The translations under genes and the position numbers were made by a program. This document shows positions 21,160-29,924 of a DNA stretch of 64,000 bases, piece by piece; within the stretch, counting starts at the first letter, position 1; each line of letters starts with the position of its first letter. Below the pieces are notes generated by a model. The model was not told the DNA's origin and did no database searches. It saw nothing but the letters and a program-made list of their open reading frames with translations. This stretch comes from Acidobacteriota bacterium (GTDB lineage: Bacteria; Acidobacteriota; Thermoanaerobaculia; Multivoradales; UBA5704), in contig JBDTZG010000016.1 of assembly GCA_040005235.1 (NCBI GenBank), positions 36,066 to 100,065 on the forward strand. Reading direction: 5' to 3'.

Positions 21160-22107
21160 ATGCTGCGCCCCCTGCTGTCGATCGGAGGGATTTTGTTCGC
21201 CACCGCTTGCGCCGCGACCGCACCGCCTGCTTCGAAACCTCTGTCGGAGGTGCCGAAACCGGCTCTCCCGGAAGTTTCTGCCGCGATCGGATCCGCATTG
21301 GCCGGTGCCAAGGGAACCACCGCGGTCTCGTTCTACGACCTCGCCACGGGGGAGACCGCCGGGCGCGAGGAACACCGGCGGTTCCACGCCGCGAGCACGA
21401 TGAAGGTTCCGGTGCTGGTCGAGCTGTTCCGGGCGATCGATCGGGGGGAAATGGCACTGGACCGTCCGGTCCCGGTGAAGAACGAGTTCAAGAGCCTGGT
21501 GGACGGCTCGCCGTTCAGCCTGAACCAAGAGGAGGACGGCGACCCGGATCTTTACGCGGCGGTGGGGGAGAGCCGGGCGCTGGGCGAGCTGGCGCGGCGG
21601 ATGATCCAGCGCAGCTCGAACCTTTCGACCAACCTGCTGATCGAGCTGCTGGGCGCGAAGCGCGTGACCGCCGCGATGCGAGAGCTGGGTGCCAGCGAGA
21701 TCGAAGTCCTACGCGGGGTGGAAGACCAGAAGGCGTTCGATGCCGGGTTGATCAACTCGACGACCGCCTATGATCTCCAAGTCATCCTGCGCGCGATTGC
21801 CGAGAAGAAGGCGGTCTCAGGGGCGGCGAGCGCGGCGATGATCGAGATCCTGGAGGGCCAAGAGTTCAAGGAGAAGATCCCGGCGGGCCTGCCTCCTGGA
21901 ACGCGGGTGGCTAACAAGACCGGCGACATCACGGGCATCCACCACGACGCGGCGATCATTTTTCCTCCGGGGCCGCCGGGCCGGGCGCCTTACGTGCTGG
22001 TGGTGCTCACGGAAGGGTACCCGAGCGAAGAAGAGGCAGATGCCTCGATCGGGGCGGTCTCGAAGGCGGTATGGCAGGCGGTACAGGCGGGCGCAAGCTC
22101 ACGATAG
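21160..22107 (+). CDS. Class A beta-lactamase-related serine hydrolase, lipoprotein
   Basis: Lipobox-like FATAC; AASTMK (SxxK), SSN, NKTG, HDAA. Confidence 0.88.
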   Translation: MLRPLLSIGGILFATACAATAPPASKPLSEVPKPALPEVSAAIGSALAGAKGTTAVSFYDLATGETAGREEHRRFHAASTMKVPVLVELFRAIDRGEMALDRPVPVKNEFKSLVDGSPFSLNQEEDGDPDLYAAVGESRALGELARRMIQRSSNLSTNLLIELLGAKRVTAAMRELGASEIEVLRGVEDQKAFDAGLINSTTAYDLQVILRAIAEKKAVSGAASAAMIEILEGQEFKEKIPAGLPPGTRVANKTGDITGIHHDAAIIFPPGPPGRAPYVLVVLTEGYPSEEEADASIGAVSKAVWQAVQAGASSR

Positions 22108-22159
22108 AATCCGCAGAACCCTGGGAGGTACCCTCCCTTTAGACCCGAACGAGGGACGC

Positions 22160-23227
22160 ATGAGCTTGAAGCCGATCGACAGCATCGTGGGCCACCTGGG
22201 TGCCGACGCGGACGACCTCCTCTCTTTCACCTGCAAGGGCATCCCCAAAGAGATGCTGACCCTTCCGGGTCCCGATTACATCGACCGGGCGTTCGCGCTC
22301 TCGGACCGGAAGACCCAGGTGCTGGTGAACCTCGGACGGCTCTATGGCACCGGCCGGCTCGCGAACACGGGGTATCTGTCGATCCTGCCGGTCGATCAAG
22401 GCATCGAGCACTCGGCGGCGGCTTCGTTCGCGCCGAACCCGATCTATCTGGAGCCGGAAAACATCGTCAAGCTCGCGATCGAGGGGGGCTGCAACGCGGT
22501 CGCCTCGACGGTTGGCGTTCTCGGGGCGGTCGCCCGGAAGTACGCGCACAAAATCCCGTTCATCGCCAAGATCAACCACAACGAGCTGCTCACTTACCCG
22601 AACAAGGCGGAACAGATCCTGTTCGGCTCCGTCGAGCAGGCCTGGGAGATGGGCGCGGCGGCGGTCGGCGCCACGATCTACTTCGGTTCGGATGACGCCT
22701 CTCGCGAAATCGTCGAGATCGCCGAGGCGTTCCGGCATGCGCACGAGCTGGGGCTCGCGACCGTCCTCTGGTGCTACACCCGGAACAACGCTTTCAAGAA
22801 GGACGGCGTCGATTACCACACCGCCGCCGACCTCACCGGTCAGGCGAACCATCTCGGCGTGACGATCCAGGCCGACATCATCAAGCAGAAGCTCGCCACC
22901 TTGAACGGTGGCTACCCCGCGATCGGCTTCGGCAAGACCAGCCCGAAGATCTACGGCGAGCTGGTCACCGACCATCCGATCGACTGGAACCGCTGGCAGG
23001 TCGCCAACTGCTACCTCGGCCGGATAGGACTGATCAACTCCGGCGGAGAATCCCAAGGCGCCGCCGACCTCGCCCACGCAGTCCGCACCGCGGTGATCAA
23101 CAAGCGCGCCGCAGGCTGCGGCCTGATCTCCGGCCGGAAAGCCTTCCAGCGCCCGATGGCCGAAGGCGCCGCGCTGCTCATGGCGATTCAGGACGTGTAC
23201 CTGTGCGACGAGGTGACGGTGGCGTAA
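22160..23227 (+). CDS. fbaB: Class I fructose-bisphosphate aldolase (DhnA/FbaB type)
   Basis: [49 protein letters not shown]. Confidence 0.95.
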   Translation: MSLKPIDSIVGHLGADADDLLSFTCKGIPKEMLTLPGPDYIDRAFALSDRKTQVLVNLGRLYGTGRLANTGYLSILPVDQGIEHSAAASFAPNPIYLEPENIVKLAIEGGCNAVASTVGVLGAVARKYAHKIPFIAKINHNELLTYPNKAEQILFGSVEQAWEMGAAAVGATIYFGSDDASREIVEIAEAFRHAHELGLATVLWCYTRNNAFKKDGVDYHTAADLTGQANHLGVTIQADIIKQKLATLNGGYPAIGFGKTSPKIYGELVTDHPIDWNRWQVANCYLGRIGLINSGGESQGAADLAHAVRTAVINKRAAGCGLISGRKAFQRPMAEGAALLMAIQDVYLCDEVTVA

Positions 23228-23251
23228 GGGGTGGGGCAGGGAGCTGGCCCG

Positions 23252-23385
23252 ATGCCCAGAGCTGACATCTACTGGATACCTGGCCCATGGCTGGGACGCT
23301 TGGCCATCGTGCCCCGTCCCCGGGGTAGTGACTGGCTCGGGGACGAGGCGCGGGCTTGGCGGGATGCCGGACTCTCGGTCATTTG
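23252..23385 (+). pseudogene. Truncated N-terminus of a small tyrosine/dual-specificity phosphatase
   Basis: MPRADIYWIPGPWLGRLAIVPRPRGSDWLGDEARAWRDAGLSV resembles this family's N-terminus; no HCxxGxxR catalytic loop follows. Confidence 0.6.
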
Positions 23386-23548
23386 GCGCCGGGGGTCGTT
23401 GGTGCGCTGGAGACGCCCCGACAGCCAGCACCCGGGTAGGTCTGTGGTCGCGTCCTGGGGCGTCTCTACCCCCTGCAGTGCCTCCGAGCAGGCGCGTAAA
23501 CCCTGATAGCCTTGGCGCCTTCCGGTCTTTCGGAGGAGGCGCGCCGCG

Positions 23549-26449
23549 ATGAATCTCCCCACCCTCGCTTCTCAGGTCGTCGAAGCCCTGGCTCCGGCGT
23601 TGCCGCTCCTGCTCGGCACGGCGGGAGCGATCGGTGGATCGGTGGCGAAGGAGATCGGAAAAGACGTCTGGGAGAAGGGGAAACAGATCTGGGGCCGCGT
23701 CGGCGGCACGATCGAAGCGAGCCCTGCGGCTAAGGAGATCGCACAGGAGCTGGCCGCTGATCCCGAGGACGCCGACCTCAAGAGGCAGCTGGCCGACCGG
23801 CTCGCGCGGCTGCTTGCAAAGGACGAGGCGCTCGCCACTACTCTCGCCGCTTGGGCCAGCGAGAGTGTCGTGGTGCAGAACCAGGGGTCCGGCCCTGCGG
23901 TAGCCGCCGCCACGAAGGGCATCGCGGCAGGTCATGACCTCGTCAATATTCAGACGGTCAACGTCTATCTAACCACCATCAACCGCGAGCTTGCCGCCGT
24001 CGCTCCGGCGGTCGATCTGGAGCAGGGGATGCGGCGTTATCAGGCGTATCTCCTGTCGCGGCACACCCACCTCGAATTTCGCGGCATGGGCGTCGACCGC
24101 CTGGTGCTCAAGCTGCCGCTCACGGAAGTCTACGTGCCGGGCCGCGCGCGGGTGCGGGCTCCCGAGGGGGACTCGTGGACGCGAATCGCGGCACGCCTCC
24201 GGGGTCGCGAGCCGGGCGCTGAGGACGTCGAATCGATGGGGGAGCGAGGTCGCCCGGCCGAGCTGCTCGATCTGTTGAAAGACAAGGCCGGGCTCGTACT
24301 GCTCGGCGATCCGGGGGCGGGCAAGTCGACGTTCTTGAAGTTCCTCGCGCTCAAGGCCGCGCGCGGTGAATCCGAAGAACTCGGTCTCGGCCTTCGGCTG
24401 CCGCTGCTCGCCCCGCTCGCGGCGTATGCCACGCGCCTTGGCGGGGAGCCGGGCTTGAATCTCCAGTCTTTCCTCGCCGAGCAGCTCGCCGAACAGGGGG
24501 TGCAGGTCAACGCCGCGCGCCTGCTCGCCGAGGGGCTCGGCAAGGGGCGAATGCTGATCCTGCTCGATGGCCTCGACGAGGTGGCGGACGAAAAGCTGCG
24601 CCACAAGGTAGCCGCGCGGGTGAAGGACTTCTTCTGCGCGGTCCAAGGGGACGGCAACAAACTGGTCGCGACCAGCCGGATCGTCGGCTATGCCGAGGCG
24701 CGGATCGAAGCGGAAGGCCTGGGCGAAGGCACGCTGGTCGATTTCGACGACGACGAGATCGAGGCGTTCGTGACCCGCTGGACCGCGGCGGTCGAACGCG
24801 CCGCGCGGGGCGAGGGCGATGCCGCGACCTTCGACGCCGAGCGCGAACGCACGGGACTGCTGGCGGCGATTCGTCGCGACTCCGGCGTCGGGCGCTTGGC
24901 CGCAAATCCGCTCCTCCTCACCATTCTCGCCCTGATGAAACGCCAGGGGGTGGAGCTGCCCGAGCGGCGGGCGGAGCTCTACTCAACCTACGTCCGCGTG
25001 CTGATCCACCAATGGAATCTCGCGCGTTCGCTCTCGGGCGAAGCGGTCGCCGGTCTCGACGTGGGCGAAACGCTTCGGGTTCTCGCCCCGCTCGCGCTCT
25101 GGATGCAGGAGACCTCCGGCGCGCGCGGCATGGTTACGGAAGAGGCGTTGCAAGGGGAGCTGCGCCGCCTCTTTGCCGATGAGCCCGATCCGGCGCAGGC
25201 GGCGGCGCGCTTTCTATTCGACGTGCGGAAGGACACCGCGCTCCTGATCGACCGCGGAGGCAAGACTTTCGGCTTCATCCACCTCACTTTCCAGGAGTAC
25301 CTGGCGGCGGTCGCGCTGGTCCAAACCGCGCAGATCGAGCTACCGCCGCTGGTCGAAGCGCTCGCGGCCCGAGTCGGCCAGCCGGAGTGGCTGGAAGTGA
25401 TTCGTTTGGCCATTGGCGATCTCGCGCGCGATCGTCCCGAAGCCGCGGGGCGGATGAGCGAACAGATCCTCGAAAGCCGACCCGGTCCGCCGGGCGAGGC
25501 CGAGATCTTTGCCGGCCTCGCGGCGCTCGACATCGGCCGCAAGGGTCTCCCCGCCGCCTCGCGCGAACGCGCGGTCGGCGCGCTGCTCTCGACCCTGCGC
25601 GACGACGAGCGAGTGCCGGCCGGCATCCGCGCCCAGGCGGGCGAAGTGCTGGCGGATCTGGGCGACCCGCGCCCGGAGGTGACGACGCTCGCCGGAATGC
25701 AGTTCTGCCGGGTGCCGGCGGGTCCATTTCGGATGGGGAGCGAAGAGCGCGACGAGGATTCTTACTTGGACGAGCGGCCGCAGCACGATCTCGACCTTCC
25801 CGAGCCGTACGAAATCGGGCGCTTCCCGGTCACGGTTGCGCAGTTCGCGGAATACGTCGTGCGAAGCGGCAACCCTCCCGGCGATCCGGACGCTTTGCGC
25901 GGCGGGGTGAACACTCCCGTCGTCTGGGTGAGTTGGCACGGGGCGACCTCCTTCTGTCGCTGGCTCACCGAAACATGGCGGGAGGAAGGGAAGTTGAAGG
26001 CGGACGGGCAGGTGCGCCTGCCGTCGGAAGCGGAGTGGGAAAAAGCTGCGCGGGGCGGCTTGGTCAACAATCCGGCGCCGACGAGAAATTACCCCTGGGA
26101 GGGGGCCTTCGATCCGAACCGGGCTAATTGCAACGCCACGGAGATCGGGAGACTGAGCGCGGTGGGCTGCTTCCCCGGTGGGGCGAGCCCGCACGGAGTG
26201 GAGGAGCTGGCGGGGAATGTGTGGGAGTGGACCCGGAGCGTTCGGGCCGAGAAGTTCAGCTACCCCTACGTGCCTGGCGACGGTCGGGAGGACCTCGAAT
26301 CTCCCCTTCAGGTGGTGTTGCGCGGTGGGGCGTTCCTCGATCGGCCGAGGGTCATCCGTTGTGCCGTTCGCGACTGGGGCGAACCTGACGGTCGCTACGA
26401 CGGTGTCGGGTTTCGTATCGTGGTGTCCCCGTTCCTCTCTGGCCTCTGA
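23549..26449 (+). CDS. STAND/NLR-like protein 1: Bell-like helical domain, amyloid-like motif, NACHT NTPase, FGE-sulfatase (C-type lectin fold) domain
   Basis: GGAGG RBS; LLGDPGAGKST, LILLDGLDEV, NPLLL, FIHLTFQEYLAA; GDPR; RLPSEAEWEKAARG, GNVWEW, VLRGGAF, GFR. Confidence 0.92.
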   Translation: MNLPTLASQVVEALAPALPLLLGTAGAIGGSVAKEIGKDVWEKGKQIWGRVGGTIEASPAAKEIAQELAADPEDADLKRQLADRLARLLAKDEALATTLAAWASESVVVQNQGSGPAVAAATKGIAAGHDLVNIQTVNVYLTTINRELAAVAPAVDLEQGMRRYQAYLLSRHTHLEFRGMGVDRLVLKLPLTEVYVPGRARVRAPEGDSWTRIAARLRGREPGAEDVESMGERGRPAELLDLLKDKAGLVLLGDPGAGKSTFLKFLALKAARGESEELGLGLRLPLLAPLAAYATRLGGEPGLNLQSFLAEQLAEQGVQVNAARLLAEGLGKGRMLILLDGLDEVADEKLRHKVAARVKDFFCAVQGDGNKLVATSRIVGYAEARIEAEGLGEGTLVDFDDDEIEAFVTRWTAAVERAARGEGDAATFDAERERTGLLAAIRRDSGVGRLAANPLLLTILALMKRQGVELPERRAELYSTYVRVLIHQWNLARSLSGEAVAGLDVGETLRVLAPLALWMQETSGARGMVTEEALQGELRRLFADEPDPAQAAARFLFDVRKDTALLIDRGGKTFGFIHLTFQEYLAAVALVQTAQIELPPLVEALAARVGQPEWLEVIRLAIGDLARDRPEAAGRMSEQILESRPGPPGEAEIFAGLAALDIGRKGLPAASRERAVGALLSTLRDDERVPAGIRAQAGEVLADLGDPRPEVTTLAGMQFCRVPAGPFRMGSEERDEDSYLDERPQHDLDLPEPYEIGRFPVTVAQFAEYVVRSGNPPGDPDALRGGVNTPVVWVSWHGATSFCRWLTETWREEGKLKADGQVRLPSEAEWEKAARGGLVNNPAPTRNYPWEGAFDPNRANCNATEIGRLSAVGCFPGGASPHGVEELAGNVWEWTRSVRAEKFSYPYVPGDGREDLESPLQVVLRGGAFLDRPRVIRCAVRDWGEPDGRYDGVGFRIVVSPFLSGL
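26315..26428 (+). repeat. Candidate DGR variable repeat VR1
   Basis: 114 bp colinear with 29189..29302; differences concentrated at codon positions 1-2; identical 3' block. Confidence 0.65.
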
Positions 26450-26507
26450 GCTCTGGGCCCTCTGTTCTCTGGCGGGCACTTGCGGAAACCCCACCCGCCC
26501 TTCGACC

Positions 26508-26518
26508 TTGCTAAACTG
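26508..26518 (+). promoter_or_regulatory. Extended -10-like element TTGCTAAACTG upstream of NLR 2
   Basis: TGn-TAAACT; the same 11-mer occurs at 29372..29382. Confidence 0.45.
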
Positions 26519-26551
26519 AGCGCTCATCCTTGTTCAGGGAGCGCGGAGGCC

Positions 26552-29338
26552 GTGACGAAAAGAGCAGAGCCCGACGGGACCGACCTCGTACGCTCGGCGC
26601 TCGCGGCGCAGGGGTACTCGGAAGAAAAGATCGCGGAGATTCTCGCGGGTCTGGGTGGCGCGCATGCGAAGGCGGAAAGCCAGAGCGCCGTGTCGCAAGG
26701 GGGTGGCGCCGCCGCGACCGATCACGGCATCGCGGTCGGGGGTGACGTTCATGGCGGCATGACCGTGGTGCAACCCGGAGTCTCCGGCGCGCCGACCGGT
26801 AAGACTCTGGACGAGGCGTACCTCCGCTATCTCTGCGCCGAAGTGAGCCGGGTCACCCTGTCGCAGATCGATTCTTCGGTCGAAGGCGCCGATCCGCTCG
26901 CGAAGTTTGAGCTTCACGCGGTCTATACCGCTTTGCTGACCACGACTCCTCGCGGCAAGCCGGGACGCGAGATGCCTGCCCCATCGATGTTGGATCGTGG
27001 AGTGCGCTCCCTGTCCGCGCTCGAACTGCTCGACCTGCACCCGCGGTTGGTTCTACTCGGCGATCCGGGTTCGGGCAAGAGCACGTTCGTCCACTTTGTG
27101 GCGCTCTGTCAGGCGGGGGAGCGAGTCGGCGCCCCCTGGCCGGATCTCGGCGTGCTCACCGCCCCCGTTCCCGGGGAAGAGAAGGTACAGCCCTGGCGGC
27201 ACGGCACGCTCGTGCCGGTGCGAGTGATCCTCCGTGACTTTGCGGTCGATGGCCTGCCGGCGCTCGGGGAGAAGGCAACGGCAGAGCACCTCTGGCAGTT
27301 CATCGCAGGCAGCCTCGCCGCGGTGGGGGTCGGCGACTACGCGCCCCGGCTGCGAGATCGACTCCTTTCCGAAGGCGGGCTCGTGCTGCTCGACGGTCTG
27401 GATGAAGTCCCGGACGCTGCGGGCCGGCGGTTGCAGATCCGCGAAGCGGTGGAGAGCTTCTCAGGGTTGTACACCAAGTGTCGGGTTCTGGTGACCAGCC
27501 GGATCTATTCGTACCGCAGCCAGGGTTGGCGCCTTACAGGCTTCGAGGAAGCGGAGCTGGCGCCCTTTTCCGACGCGCAGATCGAGCGCTTCGTGAAGGA
27601 TTGGTACGCCCACGCGGCGAGCCGCGGGCGCGGCAGCGCGGAGGATGCGGAGGGCCAGGCGCGCTTGTTGGTCCAAGAGATCGAAGGAAACCCCCGCCTG
27701 CGCGGTTTCGCGGAGCGACCACTATTGCTGACGTTGATGGCGAGCCTGGCGCGGGCGCGCGGCCGGGGCTTACCGGATCGGCGGGCGAAACTCTACGAGC
27801 AGGTGGTCGAGCTGCTACTGGACCTGTGGGAATGCGTTCGCTATCAGAAGGACAAGGAGGGAAAATACCGCCTCGTCCAGCCCAGCCTTTCCGATTGGTT
27901 GAAGACCGACCGTAGCGCCGTGCGGGAAGTGCTCGAAGATCTCGCCTTCGAGGCGCATTCCGCGCAAACCGCCGCCGAGGGTACGGCCGACATCGCGGAG
28001 AAAGACCTGGTGGCTCGGTTGGTGAAGCTCGCCGGGAGCGAAGAGGTCAGCCAGAAACAGCTGGTCAAGTTTCTGAGCGAGCGTTCGGGGCTCTTGATCG
28101 CACGCGGCGTCGAGGTTTTCACCCTGCCGCACCGAACGTTTCAAGAGTACCTAGCCGCCTGCCATCTGACTCGCGGCTCGTTTCCCGATGAGGTGGCGGA
28201 GCTCGGCCGGCAGGACCCCGACCGCTGGCGGGAGGTCGTACTCCTTGCCGCCGCAAAAGCCGAAGAGGGAACGGTCGCCAACGTCTGGACGCTCGCCCGG
28301 AGCCTTTGTTCGGTCGATCCGGAGTCCGCGGAGTCGGAGCTGCCAGACGCCTTGGGCGCATTCTTGGGAGGTCTCGCCTTGGTCGAGTCTCCCCGGGCGC
28401 TGGGCCAGGTAGGGCGACAGAATCGCGATCAGCTCGAACGGCTGCGCCGCTGGCACATCCATTTGCTCGGAGACGAGCGCTTTCCGGCCGTGGAGCGCAC
28501 GGCGGCGGGGACGACGCTTTGGGCGCTGGGCGATCCGCGTTTCAATGAGGAGACGTGGTTTCTGCCGAAGGATCCGCTGTTGGGATTCGTGGAGATCCAG
28601 GAGGGCAATTTCCGCATGGGGGAGGACGCCGGGCTGCACGAGGTCTTTCTCCCGACCTTCTACATGGCGCGTTGGCCGGTGACGGTGGCGCAGTTCCGGG
28701 CGTTCGCGGTGGCGGCACAATACGAAGGGGTGCCGAAGGAGTTCTTGGACCGTCCGGGAAGCGATCCTGTCGTGTCGGTAAACTGGCACGACGCCTTGGC
28801 GTATTCGCGTTGGCTGGGGGGGCGTTTGCTGGCCGAGGCGGAGAAGAAAAAAGCGTCTGGGTGTGGAGACGAGGAGCGCGAGCGGGCATTCTGGCAAGGT
28901 CTGGCATCGGGCGACCTGTCGGTGAGGCTGCCGTCAGAAACGGAGTGGGAGAAGTCGGCGCGGGGCGTCGCCGGTCTGACCTACCCATGGGGCGAGAGGC
29001 ATGCGCGGAATCGGTCGAACGATTACGATTCAGGGGTAGGGAAGGTGAGTGCGGTCGGCTGCTTTCCGCGTGGTGCGAGCCCGTACGGGGTGGAGGATCT
29101 GGCGGGGAACGTGTGGGAGTGGACCCGGAGTGTTTGGGGCGAGAAGTTCAACTACCCCCCCGTGAAAGGTGACGGAAGGGAGGACCGAGTATTGCGCGGC
29201 GGGGCGTTCAACGATCTCCCCTGGTTCGCCCGGTGTGCCGTTCGCCACAGGTACGCTCCCGCCGACCGCAACGGCAGTGTCGGGTTTCGTATCGTGGTGT
29301 CCCGTTCCGATCTGGCCTCTGAGTTCTCTGGATTCTGA
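26552..29338 (+). CDS. STAND/NLR-like protein 2: N-terminal amyloid-like motif, NACHT NTPase, FGE-sulfatase (C-type lectin fold) domain
   Basis: GGAGG then GTG 26552; LLGDPGSGKST, LVLLDGLDEV, RPLLL, LPHRTFQEYLAA; GDPR; RLPSETEWEKSARG, GNVWEW, VLRGGAF, GFR. Confidence 0.92.
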   Translation: MTKRAEPDGTDLVRSALAAQGYSEEKIAEILAGLGGAHAKAESQSAVSQGGGAAATDHGIAVGGDVHGGMTVVQPGVSGAPTGKTLDEAYLRYLCAEVSRVTLSQIDSSVEGADPLAKFELHAVYTALLTTTPRGKPGREMPAPSMLDRGVRSLSALELLDLHPRLVLLGDPGSGKSTFVHFVALCQAGERVGAPWPDLGVLTAPVPGEEKVQPWRHGTLVPVRVILRDFAVDGLPALGEKATAEHLWQFIAGSLAAVGVGDYAPRLRDRLLSEGGLVLLDGLDEVPDAAGRRLQIREAVESFSGLYTKCRVLVTSRIYSYRSQGWRLTGFEEAELAPFSDAQIERFVKDWYAHAASRGRGSAEDAEGQARLLVQEIEGNPRLRGFAERPLLLTLMASLARARGRGLPDRRAKLYEQVVELLLDLWECVRYQKDKEGKYRLVQPSLSDWLKTDRSAVREVLEDLAFEAHSAQTAAEGTADIAEKDLVARLVKLAGSEEVSQKQLVKFLSERSGLLIARGVEVFTLPHRTFQEYLAACHLTRGSFPDEVAELGRQDPDRWREVVLLAAAKAEEGTVANVWTLARSLCSVDPESAESELPDALGAFLGGLALVESPRALGQVGRQNRDQLERLRRWHIHLLGDERFPAVERTAAGTTLWALGDPRFNEETWFLPKDPLLGFVEIQEGNFRMGEDAGLHEVFLPTFYMARWPVTVAQFRAFAVAAQYEGVPKEFLDRPGSDPVVSVNWHDALAYSRWLGGRLLAEAEKKKASGCGDEERERAFWQGLASGDLSVRLPSETEWEKSARGVAGLTYPWGERHARNRSNDYDSGVGKVSAVGCFPRGASPYGVEDLAGNVWEWTRSVWGEKFNYPPVKGDGREDRVLRGGAFNDLPWFARCAVRHRYAPADRNGSVGFRIVVSRSDLASEFSGF
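29189..29302 (+). repeat. Candidate DGR variable repeat VR2
   Basis: Ungapped alignment with 26315..26428; retains AAC and AGG codons where VR1 has CTC, TAC and TGG. Confidence 0.65.
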
Positions 29339-29371
29339 ACTCTTGCCCTCTGTACTCTGGCGAGTGGCACT

Positions 29372-29382
29372 TTGCTAAACTG
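29372..29382 (+). promoter_or_regulatory. Extended -10-like element TTGCTAAACTG upstream of the Bell-like gene
   Basis: Identical to 26508..26518; 36 nt before ATG 29419. Confidence 0.45.
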
Positions 29383-29418
29383 TTGGTATCCACTTTCACA
29401 CGGTGCGGGAGATGCGTA

Positions 29419-29907
29419 ATGGAAGGCATGGATCTCAGTTTGATCGCCCAAGCAACGATCGCGGTTCTCGGCCCCCTCGTCGGCCAGCTGTTTTCGGTCG
29501 GTGGCGAGAAGGCGGTCGAGGCTGCGGCGGGGAAGTTCGGCGAGGGCATGTTCGAACGGGCGAAGGCGGCGTTGGGCAAGCTCGGCAAGAAGGCCGAGGC
29601 CAAGCCGGGCGCTCCAGAGGCCGCGCGGGCGGTGGCCGAGACACCGGACGACACTTACGCGCAGGCGGAGCTGGTGCTTCACCTGAAGAAGATCCTTGCC
29701 GCCGATCCGGATCTGGCGGCGGAGCTGGAGCAGATCGTCCGGAAGAGCCCGGCGGGGAATGTGATGATCGCGACCGCCACCGATCGCTCCGCCATCGGAC
29801 AGGGGGGCGGTGCGGCGGCGGCGGGCGGCGGTATCGCGATCGGTGGCAACGTCTACGGCGGCGCGCGGTTCGATCGCGACGAAGAAGGCGGCGGCGGCAA
29901 GCGGTAG
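29419..29907 (+). CDS. Small Bell-like helical effector with C-terminal amyloid-signalling-like motif
   Basis: Helical domain aligns by eye with the NLR 1 N-terminus (PDDTYAQAELVLHLKKILAADPDLAAEL vs PEDADLKRQLADRLARLLAKDEALATTL); C-terminal SAIGQGGGAAAAGGGIAIGGNVYGG. Confidence 0.85.
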   Translation: MEGMDLSLIAQATIAVLGPLVGQLFSVGGEKAVEAAAGKFGEGMFERAKAALGKLGKKAEAKPGAPEAARAVAETPDDTYAQAELVLHLKKILAADPDLAAELEQIVRKSPAGNVMIATATDRSAIGQGGGAAAAGGGIAIGGNVYGGARFDRDEEGGGGKR

Positions 29908-29924
29908 CAGGCGAGCTGATTTCA

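Noticed and set aside
21160-22107. Bona fide resistance beta-lactamase
   Set aside because: SxxK, SxN and KTG are present but no clear ExxLN omega loop; activity cannot be inferred
23549-29338. FGE domains as formylglycine-generating enzymes for the sulfatase at 60694
   Set aside because: They lack the catalytic Cys pair motif of true FGE, are fused to NACHT and lie over 30 kb away
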